64,000 nt of DNA from Candidatus Aenigmatarchaeota archaeon (GTDB lineage Archaea; Aenigmatarchaeota; Aenigmatarchaeia; CG10238-14; SpSt-28), in assembly GCA_032249395.1 (NCBI GenBank), contig JAVVFY010000002.1, positions 45,421 to 109,420 of the forward strand, written 5' to 3'. Numbering within the stretch: position 1 is the first letter of the stretch; each line of letters starts with the position of its first letter. This document shows positions 9,126 to 18,612 of this stretch, piece after piece. Position numbers and translations under genes: made by a program. The notes beneath the pieces were generated by a model. It saw nothing but the letters and a program-made list of their open reading frames with translations, did no database searches and was not told the origin of the DNA.

Positions 9126-9380
9126 ATGGCAAAAGTACTAGTAACATTAAGAGTAATGCCTGAGGATGTTAATACAGATTTAGAAAGTATAAAAAACGAA
9201 ATATCATCTAAAATTGGTGCTCAAATAAAAGAAGTTCCAATAGCTTTCGGTATCGTTTCTCTTTATGTTTCTACAATTATTGAAGATAAAGAAGGTGAAA
9301 TAGAAAGAGTAGAAAAATTACTTAAAGAAATAAAAGGGGTTGGCGAGATAGAAGTGCTAGAAATAACTAGAACTTTATGA
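9126..9380 (+). CDS. ef1b: Translation elongation factor aEF-1beta
   Basis: MAKVLVTLRVMPED...EVPIAFG. Confidence 0.95.
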   Translation: MAKVLVTLRVMPEDVNTDLESIKNEISSKIGAQIKEVPIAFGIVSLYVSTIIEDKEGEIERVEKLLKEIKGVGEIEVLEITRTL

Positions 9381-9394
9381 GTTTTTATTTTTAC

Positions 9395-9490
9395 AATACA
9401 ATTGTATTACAGGGCAGAGATGCCTACCATAGAAAGAATCAACTCTTTCTATGGTTATTAGCTCGATGATAAGAGGGCTCTGAACTAAAG
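9395..9490 (+). promoter_or_regulatory. Palindrome plus structured putative 5' leader of the TRAM gene
   Basis: Perfect palindrome AATACAATTGTATT (9395-9408); hairpins GGCA-GAGA-TGCC, ACCATAGAAAGA/TCTTTCTATGGT and AGCTC/GGGCT. Confidence 0.55.
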
Positions 9491-9505
9491 GGGGTTAAGG
9501 TTTAA

Positions 9506-9766
9506 ATGTTGTTTGAAAAAAGAGGTTTCGTAAGAAGATTTGCAAGAAATAATGCTCCCAAGCCTGTTAAAGTTGGAGAAGAATATGATGTAGAAATAAC
9601 AGAGACCGGAAGTAAAGGAGATGGAATTGCTAGGATAAAGAATTTCGTAGTGTTTGTTCCAGGAAGCAAGAAAGGAGAAAAGAAGCACATAAAAATAAAG
9701 GAAGTTAGAACCAAGTTCGCTATAGGAGAAATTATCGAATACACTAAAAATCTTGCAGAAGGTTAA
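9506..9766 (+). CDS. Single TRAM-domain RNA chaperone
   Basis: PVKVGEEYDVEITETGSKGDGIARIKNFVVFVPG. Confidence 0.92.
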   Translation: MLFEKRGFVRRFARNNAPKPVKVGEEYDVEITETGSKGDGIARIKNFVVFVPGSKKGEKKHIKIKEVRTKFAIGEIIEYTKNLAEG

Positions 9767-10475
9767 TAAAGCGTTTAGAATCGTTTAACATGAAAACATT
9801 ATTAAAATAAACAAATATTTCTTTCGACTTTAATTTTTTTATTTTTTCTTTCATTTCCCTCATTTCATCATCGTTATATTGATGATAATAGTTTATTTTT
9901 CCATTTTTGTAAGAACCATGAAGTCTGAAGTATGAAATTTTTTTCGTGACAGTAGGCAACCTTTGATTCAAATCGCAAACGTCTATTACCTCAAATTTCT
10001 TGCAGAATTTTTTTATATCATCTTTGTTCCAGCCTCTTAACTCAACACCAATTTCAAAATCTTCCCTCTCAATATTCCTAAAGAATTTTTCAGCGTTTTC
10101 CCAGTTCTCATTATTACTCTTAAAACTTTCTGGAAGTTGAATAACAATAACTTTTGTTTTTAAAATTTTTGCATACTCTACCATCTTTCTCCAAAATTCA
10201 AAAACCTCTCTAGTTGGTTTTAAATATCCGACTCTCTCCTTGAATTTTGAGACATCGATGTTAGATCTTTTCCAAGTTCTCGATTTATGAGGATGTGTAA
10301 TTCCTTGGAATGCTTTGAAATTAAAAATGAAATCTTCCTTAGCCATTTTTCTCCATTTATTCAAAAGCTTCACATCCAATATTTTATAGAATGTTTGTTG
10401 AATTTCAACTGTATCGAAATCTGAGAAATATTTTTTTATGGATTCAGGAAAACCGCATGTACCAACATATATCAT
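9744..10475 (-). CDS. DUF72 family protein
   Basis: IYVGTCGF, FDTVEIQQTFY, QLPESF, YFRLHG, YFNN. Confidence 0.9.
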   Translation of the reverse strand: MIYVGTCGFPESIKKYFSDFDTVEIQQTFYKILDVKLLNKWRKMAKEDFIFNFKAFQGITHPHKSRTWKRSNIDVSKFKERVGYLKPTREVFEFWRKMVEYAKILKTKVIVIQLPESFKSNNENWENAEKFFRNIEREDFEIGVELRGWNKDDIKKFCKKFEVIDVCDLNQRLPTVTKKISYFRLHGSYKNGKINYYHQYNDDEMREMKEKIKKLKSKEIFVYFNNVFMLNDSKRFINLLQDF

Positions 10476-10505
10476 AGATTAATTTTACAAAAAACTATAA
10501 AATTA

Positions 10506-10967
10506 ATGAAGATCAAAAGCTCTCTAGTATCGCAACTTTTAGATATAACTATAATATTGCTAACACTTATAACAATAGTGTTTTTAAAGATATACTACGA
10601 TTTCGAACCGTTCAAACCTTCAATTCAATTTTTGCTAGTCTTATTACTTTTAGCTGCGGATTTGTATGTACTTAACGACCTAATAATAAGAAGAATATAT
10701 ACATACGAAATAGATGATGCTGGAGTAAAAGAAAATTTCACTATCTTTTCAAAAAGAGAAACATTTATACCATATTATAACATAACTAACGTTGAGTTGA
10801 AAAAATCGTTCATTGGAAGAGTGTTAAATTATGGAAACGTAGAAGTAAGCTCTCCTAAAACAAAAATTATACTTATAGGAATTAAGGACCCTGAAAGAAT
10901 ATACAATAAGATTAAAGAAAAGATTGAAATGTTTAAAACCAAAATAAAAGAAAATGAAGAGCATTAA
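10506..10967 (+). CDS. Two-TM membrane protein with bacterial PH (bPH_2) domain
   Basis: Two hydrophobic helices, then IPYYNITNVELKKSFIGRVLNYGNVEV. Confidence 0.75.
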   Translation: MKIKSSLVSQLLDITIILLTLITIVFLKIYYDFEPFKPSIQFLLVLLLLAADLYVLNDLIIRRIYTYEIDDAGVKENFTIFSKRETFIPYYNITNVELKKSFIGRVLNYGNVEVSSPKTKIILIGIKDPERIYNKIKEKIEMFKTKIKENEEH

Positions 10968-12246
10968 AGTTTATATTGAAACGTATGGATGTAGCGCAAA
11001 CAAATCGGATACAGAAATAATGATGGGTCTGCTTAAAGGAGCGGGATTTCAAATAGTAGAATCTCCAGATACTTCAGAGATAAACATAATAAATACATGC
11101 ATTGTTAAAACACCTACAGCAAAAAGAATGGAAAGAAGAATAAAATTTCTCAGCAATTTGAACAAACCGTTAATAGTTGCTGGATGTATGGCAAAGTCGG
11201 AACCTGAAAGAATAGATAAATTTGCCCCAAAAGCTAGCAAAATAACTCCAAACGCCGTAGCTAATATAGTTGAAGTTGTAGAAAGGACACTAAAAGGAGA
11301 GAAAGTATTCTATGATAAAAGCGATATAGAAAAAGTCTTATTACCAAAGATATCATTCAATAAAATAATATCTATAGTTCAAATAGCCTCTGGTTGTCTA
11401 TCTGCATGTACATTCTGCGAAACAAAAATATCGAGAGGTATTCTAAAAAGTTTTAGACCTTCATCTATAATAGAAAGAATAAAAAAAGATTTGAAGGAGG
11501 GGTTCAAAGAATTCTGGATTACTTCTCAAGATAATGGTTGTTACGGGTTTGATTTGAATGTTAATCTAGCTGAGCTTTTGAAAAAAATTGTAGAGTTAGA
11601 TGGAGAGTTTATAGTTAGAGTTGGAATGATGAATCCTTTTCATTTAATTAAAAACAAAGAGTTAGTTAATGGTTTAATTGAAGTTTACAAGTCAGAAAAG
11701 ATATTTAAGTTCCTACACATTCCTCTACAATCCGGAAGCAATAAAGTTTTGAAAGATATGAGAAGAGGATATACAGTTGAGGAATTTGAAGAAATAGTAA
11801 AAGCTTTTAGAAAAGAGATTAAAGATGTCACAATTGAAACTGATATAATAGTTGGGTATCCTACAGAAACTGAGGAAGATTTTGAAAAAACAGTAGAAGT
11901 TATAAAAAATATTAAACCTGACGTAGTAAATATTTCTAAATTTTCACCTAGACCAAAAACCCCTGCAGCTAGTTTAGCTACTTTGCCCCCAGAAATTGTA
12001 AACAAGAGGAGCAAAATTTTGTTTAAATTAACTAGAGAGATTTCGATGAATAAAAACAAATCTTTGATTGGGAAAATAACTAAAGTTTTCGTAGATGAAG
12101 TAGGAAAAGAAAAAAGCTATATAGCGCGCACTTTACAATACAAACCTGTAGTGATAAAAACTGAAGAAAAAATATTTGGAAAATTCGTAGACGTAGAAAT
12201 TGTTGATGTAAAATCTAATTATCTCGAAGGAAAACTTGTTATTTAA
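10954..12246 (+). CDS. mtaB: tRNA methylthiotransferase (archaeal MtaB/MiaB-like radical SAM)
   Basis: TYGCSAN, NTC, AGC, GCLSACTFC radical-SAM motif, C-terminal TRAM domain. Confidence 0.9.
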   Translation: MKSIKVYIETYGCSANKSDTEIMMGLLKGAGFQIVESPDTSEINIINTCIVKTPTAKRMERRIKFLSNLNKPLIVAGCMAKSEPERIDKFAPKASKITPNAVANIVEVVERTLKGEKVFYDKSDIEKVLLPKISFNKIISIVQIASGCLSACTFCETKISRGILKSFRPSSIIERIKKDLKEGFKEFWITSQDNGCYGFDLNVNLAELLKKIVELDGEFIVRVGMMNPFHLIKNKELVNGLIEVYKSEKIFKFLHIPLQSGSNKVLKDMRRGYTVEEFEEIVKAFRKEIKDVTIETDIIVGYPTETEEDFEKTVEVIKNIKPDVVNISKFSPRPKTPAASLATLPPEIVNKRSKILFKLTREISMNKNKSLIGKITKVFVDEVGKEKSYIARTLQYKPVVIKTEEKIFGKFVDVEIVDVKSNYLEGKLVI

Positions 12247-12421
12247 TCAATGGAATACTTTAAAAACTATTATCCCAAACATCAATATGATAGAGACAAA
12301 AATAAAGTTATACTTCATTAAAAGAAGTGATTGAATGTCAGCTTTTTTAATAATTGTTTTTAGACAAATAGTATTCATTCATTTAATGCCGACAATAGGG
12401 AATATGTAAGGAGGTGACTGA

Positions 12422-12583
12422 ATGTCGATCTTTTGGGATGTACTTTTTGCAAACCTGGTTTCTGGAGCACTAAACACGCTATTTTTCTGGACTTTTCCAA
12501 TAATCCTTTTCTTTGTATTAAAGAGGATTCTCGGAAAGCGGTGGAGGAAAATTGAGAAGATAATTAGAAAGGTAGCTAAATGA
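12422..12583 (+). CDS. Small 53-aa single-pass membrane protein (not in ORF track)
   Basis: Strong RBS GGAGGTGA; MSIFWDVLFANLVSGALNTLFFWTFPIILFFVLKRILGKRWRKIEKIIRKVAK. Confidence 0.55.
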   Translation: MSIFWDVLFANLVSGALNTLFFWTFPIILFFVLKRILGKRWRKIEKIIRKVAK

Positions 12584-12881
12584 ATTTTCTCATAACTTAT
12601 GCTAATCCAATGAAAGATAACAAATTTAGATACAAGCGAATAGAGAAATTATCGATTGGTTAGGTAAGAAAAACCGCTACGTTACTTTAGTTGCTACAAA
12701 AGGTAGCGAGGAGTTTAAAATTTTTGAAACTCTAAACACTAACTATACAATTCCAGGAATTCTGAGAAAAGAAGAACAAGCAAAGAACACGGTTGCAAAG
12801 TTGCTTAAAAATTAAAGTTTTGAAGTTACTCAATCTTGAGTAAAAATTTGTTATTTAAGCTATATTTTCAAAAAAATTATA

Positions 12882-14357
12882 ATGAGAAAGATCGAAAAAA
12901 TAGAACAAATAGCAAAAAAGAGAGGATTCATTTTTGCATCAAGCGAAATTTATGGTGGCTTAAGCGGAACCTATGATTTCGGACCATTAGGCACTCTACT
13001 TAAAAACAAAATTATAGAGTTTTGGAGAGACTTTTTTGTAAAAAGCGAAGACAATATATTTGAAATTGAAACCAGTCTAATTATGCCAGAAAAAGTTTTT
13101 GAAGCTTCGGGCCACTTAAAGGGATTTATTGACCCTATAACTCAATGTAAAAAATGTAAGAGTATATTTAGGGCAGACAACATAATAGAAGAATCTATAA
13201 AAATGTTTGTTGAAGGGTTGAGCAGCGAAGAATTAACAAAAATAATAAGAGAAAAAAACGTTAGATGTCTTAAGTGTGGTGGGGAGTTGGATGACGTAAA
13301 AGTTTTTAATTTGATGTTCTCTATGAATGTCGGTGCTCTAGGAGATACAAAAGGTTATTTAAGACCTGAAACTGCCCAAGGCATATTTGTTAACTTCAAA
13401 AACATATTAGTTGCTACTAGAGCTAAACTTCCATTTGGAGTGGCTCAAATTGGAAAATCTTTTAGAAATGAAATCTCGCCAAGACAATGGCTAATAAGAT
13501 TGAGAGAATTTACACAAGCAGAAATAGAATTTTTTATAAATCCTGAAGAGAGAACCTTTGAAAAATTAAAAGATTACGAAAATGTAAAAATAAGAGTTTT
13601 AAGTAGAGAAGCACAAAAATCTGGAAAACCAGAAGAAGAAATGAGTGTTAGAGAAGCCTTGGAGAAAGGAATTATTCCTTCTGAATATTTGGCCTATTTC
13701 ATTGCAAAAGAACAAATTTTCTACGAATCTTTAGGTATACCAAAAGAGGCAATAAGATTTAGACAGTTATTGCAAGAAGAAACTCCACATTATAGTAAAG
13801 GGAATGTTGATATGGAAATTCTTTTTGATTTTGGTTGGAAAGAAGTTGTTGGGAATGCTTATAGAAGCGATTATGATTTGAAAAAACATTCTGAATATTC
13901 AAAAACCGATTTGTCCTATGTTTTGGAGAACGGAAAAAAGATTATTCCACACGTTGTTGAGCCTAGCTTCGGAATTGAAAGAACTATTTATGCTATACTT
14001 TTATATTCTTTTGTTGAAGATAAAGAAAGAGGATGGGATTGGTTTAAATTCAATCCAAAAATAGCTCCAATAAGTGTTGCTGTGTTTCCGTTGCTAAATA
14101 AAAAAGAAATGGTTGAAAAATCTATAGAGTTGTTTAAACATATAAAGAAGTATTTTGATGTTATATTTGATAAAAGTGGTTCTATTGGAAAAAGATACGC
14201 AAGAAGTGACGAAATTGGCATACCATATGCTATAACCATAGACCATCAAACTTTCGAAGACAACACTGTAACCATAAGAGATAGAAACACTACGAAGCAA
14301 GAAAGGGTTAAAATTGAAGAACTTATAGACAAACTAACTAATCTTTTGAAGGTCTAA
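12882..14357 (+). CDS. glyS: Glycine--tRNA ligase
   Basis: IYGG..G.YDFGPLG, LRPETAQG, FRNEISPR, VVEPSFG, anticodon-binding domain. Confidence 0.97.
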   Translation: MRKIEKIEQIAKKRGFIFASSEIYGGLSGTYDFGPLGTLLKNKIIEFWRDFFVKSEDNIFEIETSLIMPEKVFEASGHLKGFIDPITQCKKCKSIFRADNIIEESIKMFVEGLSSEELTKIIREKNVRCLKCGGELDDVKVFNLMFSMNVGALGDTKGYLRPETAQGIFVNFKNILVATRAKLPFGVAQIGKSFRNEISPRQWLIRLREFTQAEIEFFINPEERTFEKLKDYENVKIRVLSREAQKSGKPEEEMSVREALEKGIIPSEYLAYFIAKEQIFYESLGIPKEAIRFRQLLQEETPHYSKGNVDMEILFDFGWKEVVGNAYRSDYDLKKHSEYSKTDLSYVLENGKKIIPHVVEPSFGIERTIYAILLYSFVEDKERGWDWFKFNPKIAPISVAVFPLLNKKEMVEKSIELFKHIKKYFDVIFDKSGSIGKRYARSDEIGIPYAITIDHQTFEDNTVTIRDRNTTKQERVKIEELIDKLTNLLKV

Positions 14358-14846
14358 AATTAATGAAGCAAAGACTTCATTCCACCTCTCTCTTTCTAGC
14401 CATATAAATTTGCCATATTCTTTATATTCATCTACATAATTTCTATGAACAACAGCTATAACAATTTTGTTGCTTTTTAAGATGTCTTTAATTTTATCTT
14501 CGAACTTTTTACTAAATAACTCCATTTTTCCTATTTCATCTACAACAATAAATCTACACTCTTTTTCTGCAACCTCTAAAGCAGGAATAGCCACGTCTTC
14601 AAAAATGCCTACATCTACAAAATACTTTCCAACTCTGTAGTTAGTATTATAATAAATGCTAGCAAATACTTTCTCTTTTAGATTTAATAAATCAACAACC
14701 TTAAAACCTATTCTAATTCTTCCTTCTCTTACTTCTGGAGAAATTATGCCTCCAACTTTGATGTTTTTCTTTTTTAAAAATTCTATTAACTTAACAACTA
14801 AAGTTGATTTTCCGGAAGCAGGTGGCCCGCTAATCAAAAACTTCAT
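14334..14846 (-). CDS. Nucleoside triphosphatase (THEP1/NTPase_1 family)
   Basis: GPPASGKST, RIGF, VGKY.VD, VDEIGKME. Confidence 0.92.
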   Translation of the reverse strand: MKFLISGPPASGKSTLVVKLIEFLKKKNIKVGGIISPEVREGRIRIGFKVVDLLNLKEKVFASIYYNTNYRVGKYFVDVGIFEDVAIPALEVAEKECRFIVVDEIGKMELFSKKFEDKIKDILKSNKIVIAVVHRNYVDEYKEYGKFIWLERERWNEVFASLILDLQKIS

Positions 14847-14873
14847 AAGCTTATTAATTTTTAATAAGATATA

Positions 14874-15434
14874 ATGATAATGAGTCTTGAAAAAATGATC
14901 GAACTAGCAAACATTATACAAGATGAAGAACTTAAGAAAAAAACTATAGAAATATTGAAAGATATAAAGCTAACTCATCCTACGCTTAAAAATTATGAAA
15001 GGGAAGATCCAGAAAAAGTTAAAACACCTTTTGTCGTAAATGATACCATAGTTATAAGAGAATTGACAAACCATACTGTTAGCGTTACTGAAGCATGTAT
15101 AAAAATCGCTGAAGTAATTGAAAAAAATTACGGGTTTAAAGTTAACAAAGATGCTTTAGTGGCTGGTGCCTTGCTTCACGATATAATGAAAGTTTATGAG
15201 TTTAAAGATGGTAGACCAACAAAAATTCTATTTGACCATTCAGCTTTAGGTTTTGGAGAACTGTACAAAAGAGGATTTCCAGAAGAAGTTTTACATTTGG
15301 TAATATCGCATGCTGCCCCATCAACAAATCCACCAAGAACACTAGAAGCATTAATATTGCACTACGTTGATACTTTACTAGCTTTGGCAGAATTTGGAAT
15401 ATATTCTCAAATAGTAGAAAAAGAGGAGAAATAG
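14874..15434 (+). CDS. HD-domain phosphohydrolase
   Basis: NHTVSV, ALLHDIMK, DHS, ISH, HYVD. Confidence 0.85.
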   Translation: MIMSLEKMIELANIIQDEELKKKTIEILKDIKLTHPTLKNYEREDPEKVKTPFVVNDTIVIRELTNHTVSVTEACIKIAEVIEKNYGFKVNKDALVAGALLHDIMKVYEFKDGRPTKILFDHSALGFGELYKRGFPEEVLHLVISHAAPSTNPPRTLEALILHYVDTLLALAEFGIYSQIVEKEEK

Positions 15435-16496
15435 ATGAAAAAATTTATAAAACCTGCTATAAGCTTTTTAAAAAAAGTTAAAGGAGATTTAGCTATAGTT
15501 TTCGGCCACGATTGCGATAGCATTGCTTCTGCTTCAATAATTTATAAGTTGGCAAAAAATTTAGCGCTAAAACCAAAATTGATTGTTTCCACACACAATT
15601 TTGAAATTGATGAAAAAACGGAGAATCGCATCAAAAAATTTGAAAATATAGCAATACTTGATATTGGAGATACGCCAGAAGAAAGAATAAATAGAATTGC
15701 TTCATCCAAAAATCTCTTAATTATTGACCATCATATTCCGAAAAAATATAATTGCTACTATGTAAATCCAAGACTTTATAACAAGAACGTTTATATACCA
15801 ACCAGCTATATATCGTGGTTAATTTACAAAGAGTTTTTTGACGATAAAGATATTTTATGGATTGCTGCATTTGGAACTCTTGGCGACTTCGGTGCAAAAT
15901 ACAACAAAGACTTGTTTAAAAGGTTAAGAGAGAAAAATCCTGAATTAATTGGAAAAGTTAGAATTGATGATAGAGAACTGTTTGAAAGGAGCACAATAGG
16001 AAAAATAGCAAAAATGGTTGATTCTCATAGAATTTTTGAAGGAATAAAAGGTGTGGAATACGTAACAAAGCTTGTAGCAAACTCTAATTCATATCTAGAT
16101 TTGTTGAATGACAAAAAAACAAATAAAATATATGAAAAACTAGGAAAAGCATTCAAAAATGAACTGAAAAGACTTAAAGAAAGAAAAATAGAAATTGGAG
16201 AATATTTAATTTATGAGATAAAGAGTAAAATTAACCTTAAATCGTCGCTAGCTAGCTATTTGCCAAAGATTTTTCCAAAAATGATAATATTTGTAGCACA
16301 AAAATCTAAAGAAGGATACTATGAGGTTAGCGTTAGAAGAGGTATTAAAAGAAAAGTTAACTTAGCTAAACTTGTTAAAGAAATAAGTAAAAATATTAGA
16401 GCTAAAGGTGGTGGACATCCCAGTGCTGCAGGAATGAGAATAGATGATTTAAAGGAACTAGTTGAATTCTTAAAAAATAAAAAAAGAAAGAAATAG
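15435..16496 (+). CDS. DHH/DHHA1 phosphoesterase (RecJ-like)
   Basis: HDCDS, ILDIG, IIDHH, GGGHPSAAG. Confidence 0.88.
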   Translation: MKKFIKPAISFLKKVKGDLAIVFGHDCDSIASASIIYKLAKNLALKPKLIVSTHNFEIDEKTENRIKKFENIAILDIGDTPEERINRIASSKNLLIIDHHIPKKYNCYYVNPRLYNKNVYIPTSYISWLIYKEFFDDKDILWIAAFGTLGDFGAKYNKDLFKRLREKNPELIGKVRIDDRELFERSTIGKIAKMVDSHRIFEGIKGVEYVTKLVANSNSYLDLLNDKKTNKIYEKLGKAFKNELKRLKERKIEIGEYLIYEIKSKINLKSSLASYLPKIFPKMIIFVAQKSKEGYYEVSVRRGIKRKVNLAKLVKEISKNIRAKGGGHPSAAGMRIDDLKELVEFLKNKKRKK

Positions 16497-16499
16497 CAA

Positions 16500-16793
16500 T
16501 CATTTAGTTAAAACAATATCAATTGTTGAAACATTAACTTTTCCTTTTCCTTCTACTTCCCTTTCTTCAGTTCCTAGGTCTATTCTCTTTATTTTAACAT
16601 CTGGCATAAACCTTCTTTGAATTACTTGAGCTACGTCTACCGCTCTTGATATGCTTTTTCCTCTTGCTTTAATGTGAACTTCTTTTTGGCCACTTGTGAA
16701 CTGAGTTATTACTGCTAAAACGTAGCTCATAGTTGGTTTTTTACCTATGAATACAACGTTATCAGCTTGTTGTTCTTTTGCTTCTTCTGACAC
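16500..16793 (-). CDS. albA: DNA/RNA-binding protein Alba
   Basis: [39 protein letters not shown] before GTG at 16793. Confidence 0.96.
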   Translation of the reverse strand: MSEEAKEQQADNVVFIGKKPTMSYVLAVITQFTSGQKEVHIKARGKSISRAVDVAQVIQRRFMPDVKIKRIDLGTEEREVEGKGKVNVSTIDIVLTK

Positions 16794-16869
16794 TATCAAC
16801 ACCTCCCTACTTTAAAGATATCAATTAAAATATAGTTTTAAAATAATTTAAAATTTCTAAAACATCTCA

Positions 16870-17790
16870 TTACAGTTTGAACTCTTTTACAACCTTTCTC
16901 TTATTCTCAACGCCTTTAGCGTCTAAGACCTGAAATGCTAAATCTTTTAATTTAGGATATAAAGCACCATATTTCTCTGAGAGCCTATTTACTTCTCTTT
17001 CTATGTCTTCGGAACTCAGATTGTCTACCCTCTTCTGAAGTTCATCCAATTTAGATTGTAATTCATTCCAAACATTTTCATAAGTCTTAAATGTCTTAAC
17101 ATATTCTTTTGTTGCGACTACAAACCCTCTAAAGAAAACTCCGATCAGAAAAATCGCTGCGAAAACTACGACACTAAATATACCCATAAAGCTAAAGAGT
17201 ACCCAAACAGTCTTCACAAACCAACCCATTGGAATTGTCAAAAATGCAATAATAAAAGCCAAAACTCTGTTAACATTGGGAGATACATGAGTAAATACTT
17301 CTAACATTTGTAGAAATGTCCAAACAAGAGTGTAAATAGCAGCAAAGGGTAAAATAAACAAATAAATTATTGCTGGAACGTACATCCATTGCTCGGGTAA
17401 CCCAAGCATTAGAAAAACGTTAGCTGCGAGGGGTGGTAAAGGAGAAACTTTCATATTTTCTGGTACCTCTAATATAGTTGGATAAGGAATAAAGAGTGGT
17501 AGCATGAATAGCAAAAATAAAACAACTGCGTATAAAATTAAACCAAGATTTATGCCTCCTCCTCCTGGTAAACCTGGTAAACTCGGCATGCCACCTTTAG
17601 CTACTATAAAAAGCAAAACTATGAAACCTAAAATGAACAAAACAGGTATTAAATCTTTAGCAATGTTAACTAATGTTTCTCTGATTTCATTCATTGTTGT
17701 TGTTCCTCCACCAGACTGAGCTAAAGAAACATTTATAGTTAAAAGTAGGAAAAATAACAGAAAAACTAATACTTCTTTAATTTTCTCCAT
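16870..17790 (-). CDS. Polytopic membrane protein with C-terminal coiled coil
   Basis: Signal peptide, several TM helices, LFILPF...VNRVLAFIIAF module. Confidence 0.65.
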   Translation of the reverse strand: MEKIKEVLVFLLFFLLLTINVSLAQSGGGTTTMNEIRETLVNIAKDLIPVLFILGFIVLLFIVAKGGMPSLPGLPGGGGINLGLILYAVVLFLLFMLPLFIPYPTILEVPENMKVSPLPPLAANVFLMLGLPEQWMYVPAIIYLFILPFAAIYTLVWTFLQMLEVFTHVSPNVNRVLAFIIAFLTIPMGWFVKTVWVLFSFMGIFSVVVFAAIFLIGVFFRGFVVATKEYVKTFKTYENVWNELQSKLDELQKRVDNLSSEDIEREVNRLSEKYGALYPKLKDLAFQVLDAKGVENKRKVVKEFKL

Positions 17791-17827
17791 TTTACTTAAT
17801 TGTTTTAAATATTTAAAAGCTTTCTTT

Positions 17828-18076
17828 TTATCTTTTTTTCAAAAAGTAAAAAGAAAGAATTATAAAAATTATAAAAATCAAAAGGGCTGAAAATGAAAAG
17901 AAAGCTAATATAAAAGTTTTATAATAGTAAAAAGAACCAATAACAAAAAAAGAGGAAACCAAAGCTATTATTAAATTAATACTCCTTTCAAAAAATCTAA
18001 TCTTGCTCAAAATACCATAAACAATTAGGAATGAGAGGAATGAAAATGATAGAGCCAAAATATCCTCAATCATCAA
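17828..18076 (-). CDS. Small membrane protein (shared module)
   Basis: IVYGILSKIRFFERSINLIIAL; overlaps the stop codon of the upstream gene. Confidence 0.6.
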   Translation of the reverse strand: MMIEDILALSFSFLSFLIVYGILSKIRFFERSINLIIALVSSFFVIGSFYYYKTFILAFFSFSALLIFIIFIILSFYFLKKR

Positions 18077-18567
18077 AACACCTTTTCTCTAGCTTTTTTA
18101 TACCATTCCTCCTCATCAATCTTAATTCCACTTATTTTCGCTAAACTTTCCGCCTCAGAAATTTTTTCTCTTATCGCTTTCTTAATTTCTTGTCTTTTCC
18201 CCTCGTCTTTCCCCACTTCAAGCTCTTTAGTTAATCTTTCTACATCTTCCTTTAGTTTCTTTAGCCTCTCCTTCCCTGTTATAACAGAAGTAGAATACTT
18301 TAAAATTCCCAACAAATAAAGAGAAACAAAAACCAAAACAGTTAAAGCAGCTGCTAAATAAGGCAAAACTTTAGTTAAACCAAAAGAATAAAGGGAAAAT
18401 ACAGAAATAGAAGAAATAGTTAAAGCAGTTAAAGAGTAATATAAATTTCCAACATTTCCAAATATGTTAGAGCGCTTGAGAAAAACGAATAATATCAAGT
18501 AGAAAAGAATTAGAGGTAAAAATATGGAAAATATGAACTCATTTAGTTCTAAGCTAAATATTTCCAT
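18073..18567 (-). CDS. Membrane protein (shared module) with coiled-coil tail
   Basis: IFLPLILFYLILFVFLKRSNIFG; three TM helices, then a charged helix. Confidence 0.65.
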   Translation of the reverse strand: MEIFSLELNEFIFSIFLPLILFYLILFVFLKRSNIFGNVGNLYYSLTALTISSISVFSLYSFGLTKVLPYLAAALTVLVFVSLYLLGILKYSTSVITGKERLKKLKEDVERLTKELEVGKDEGKRQEIKKAIREKISEAESLAKISGIKIDEEEWYKKAREKVF

Positions 18568-18612
18568 AAAATAGTTTTCTTAACAATAAATAAACGTAAA
18601 ACAAAATAAGAG

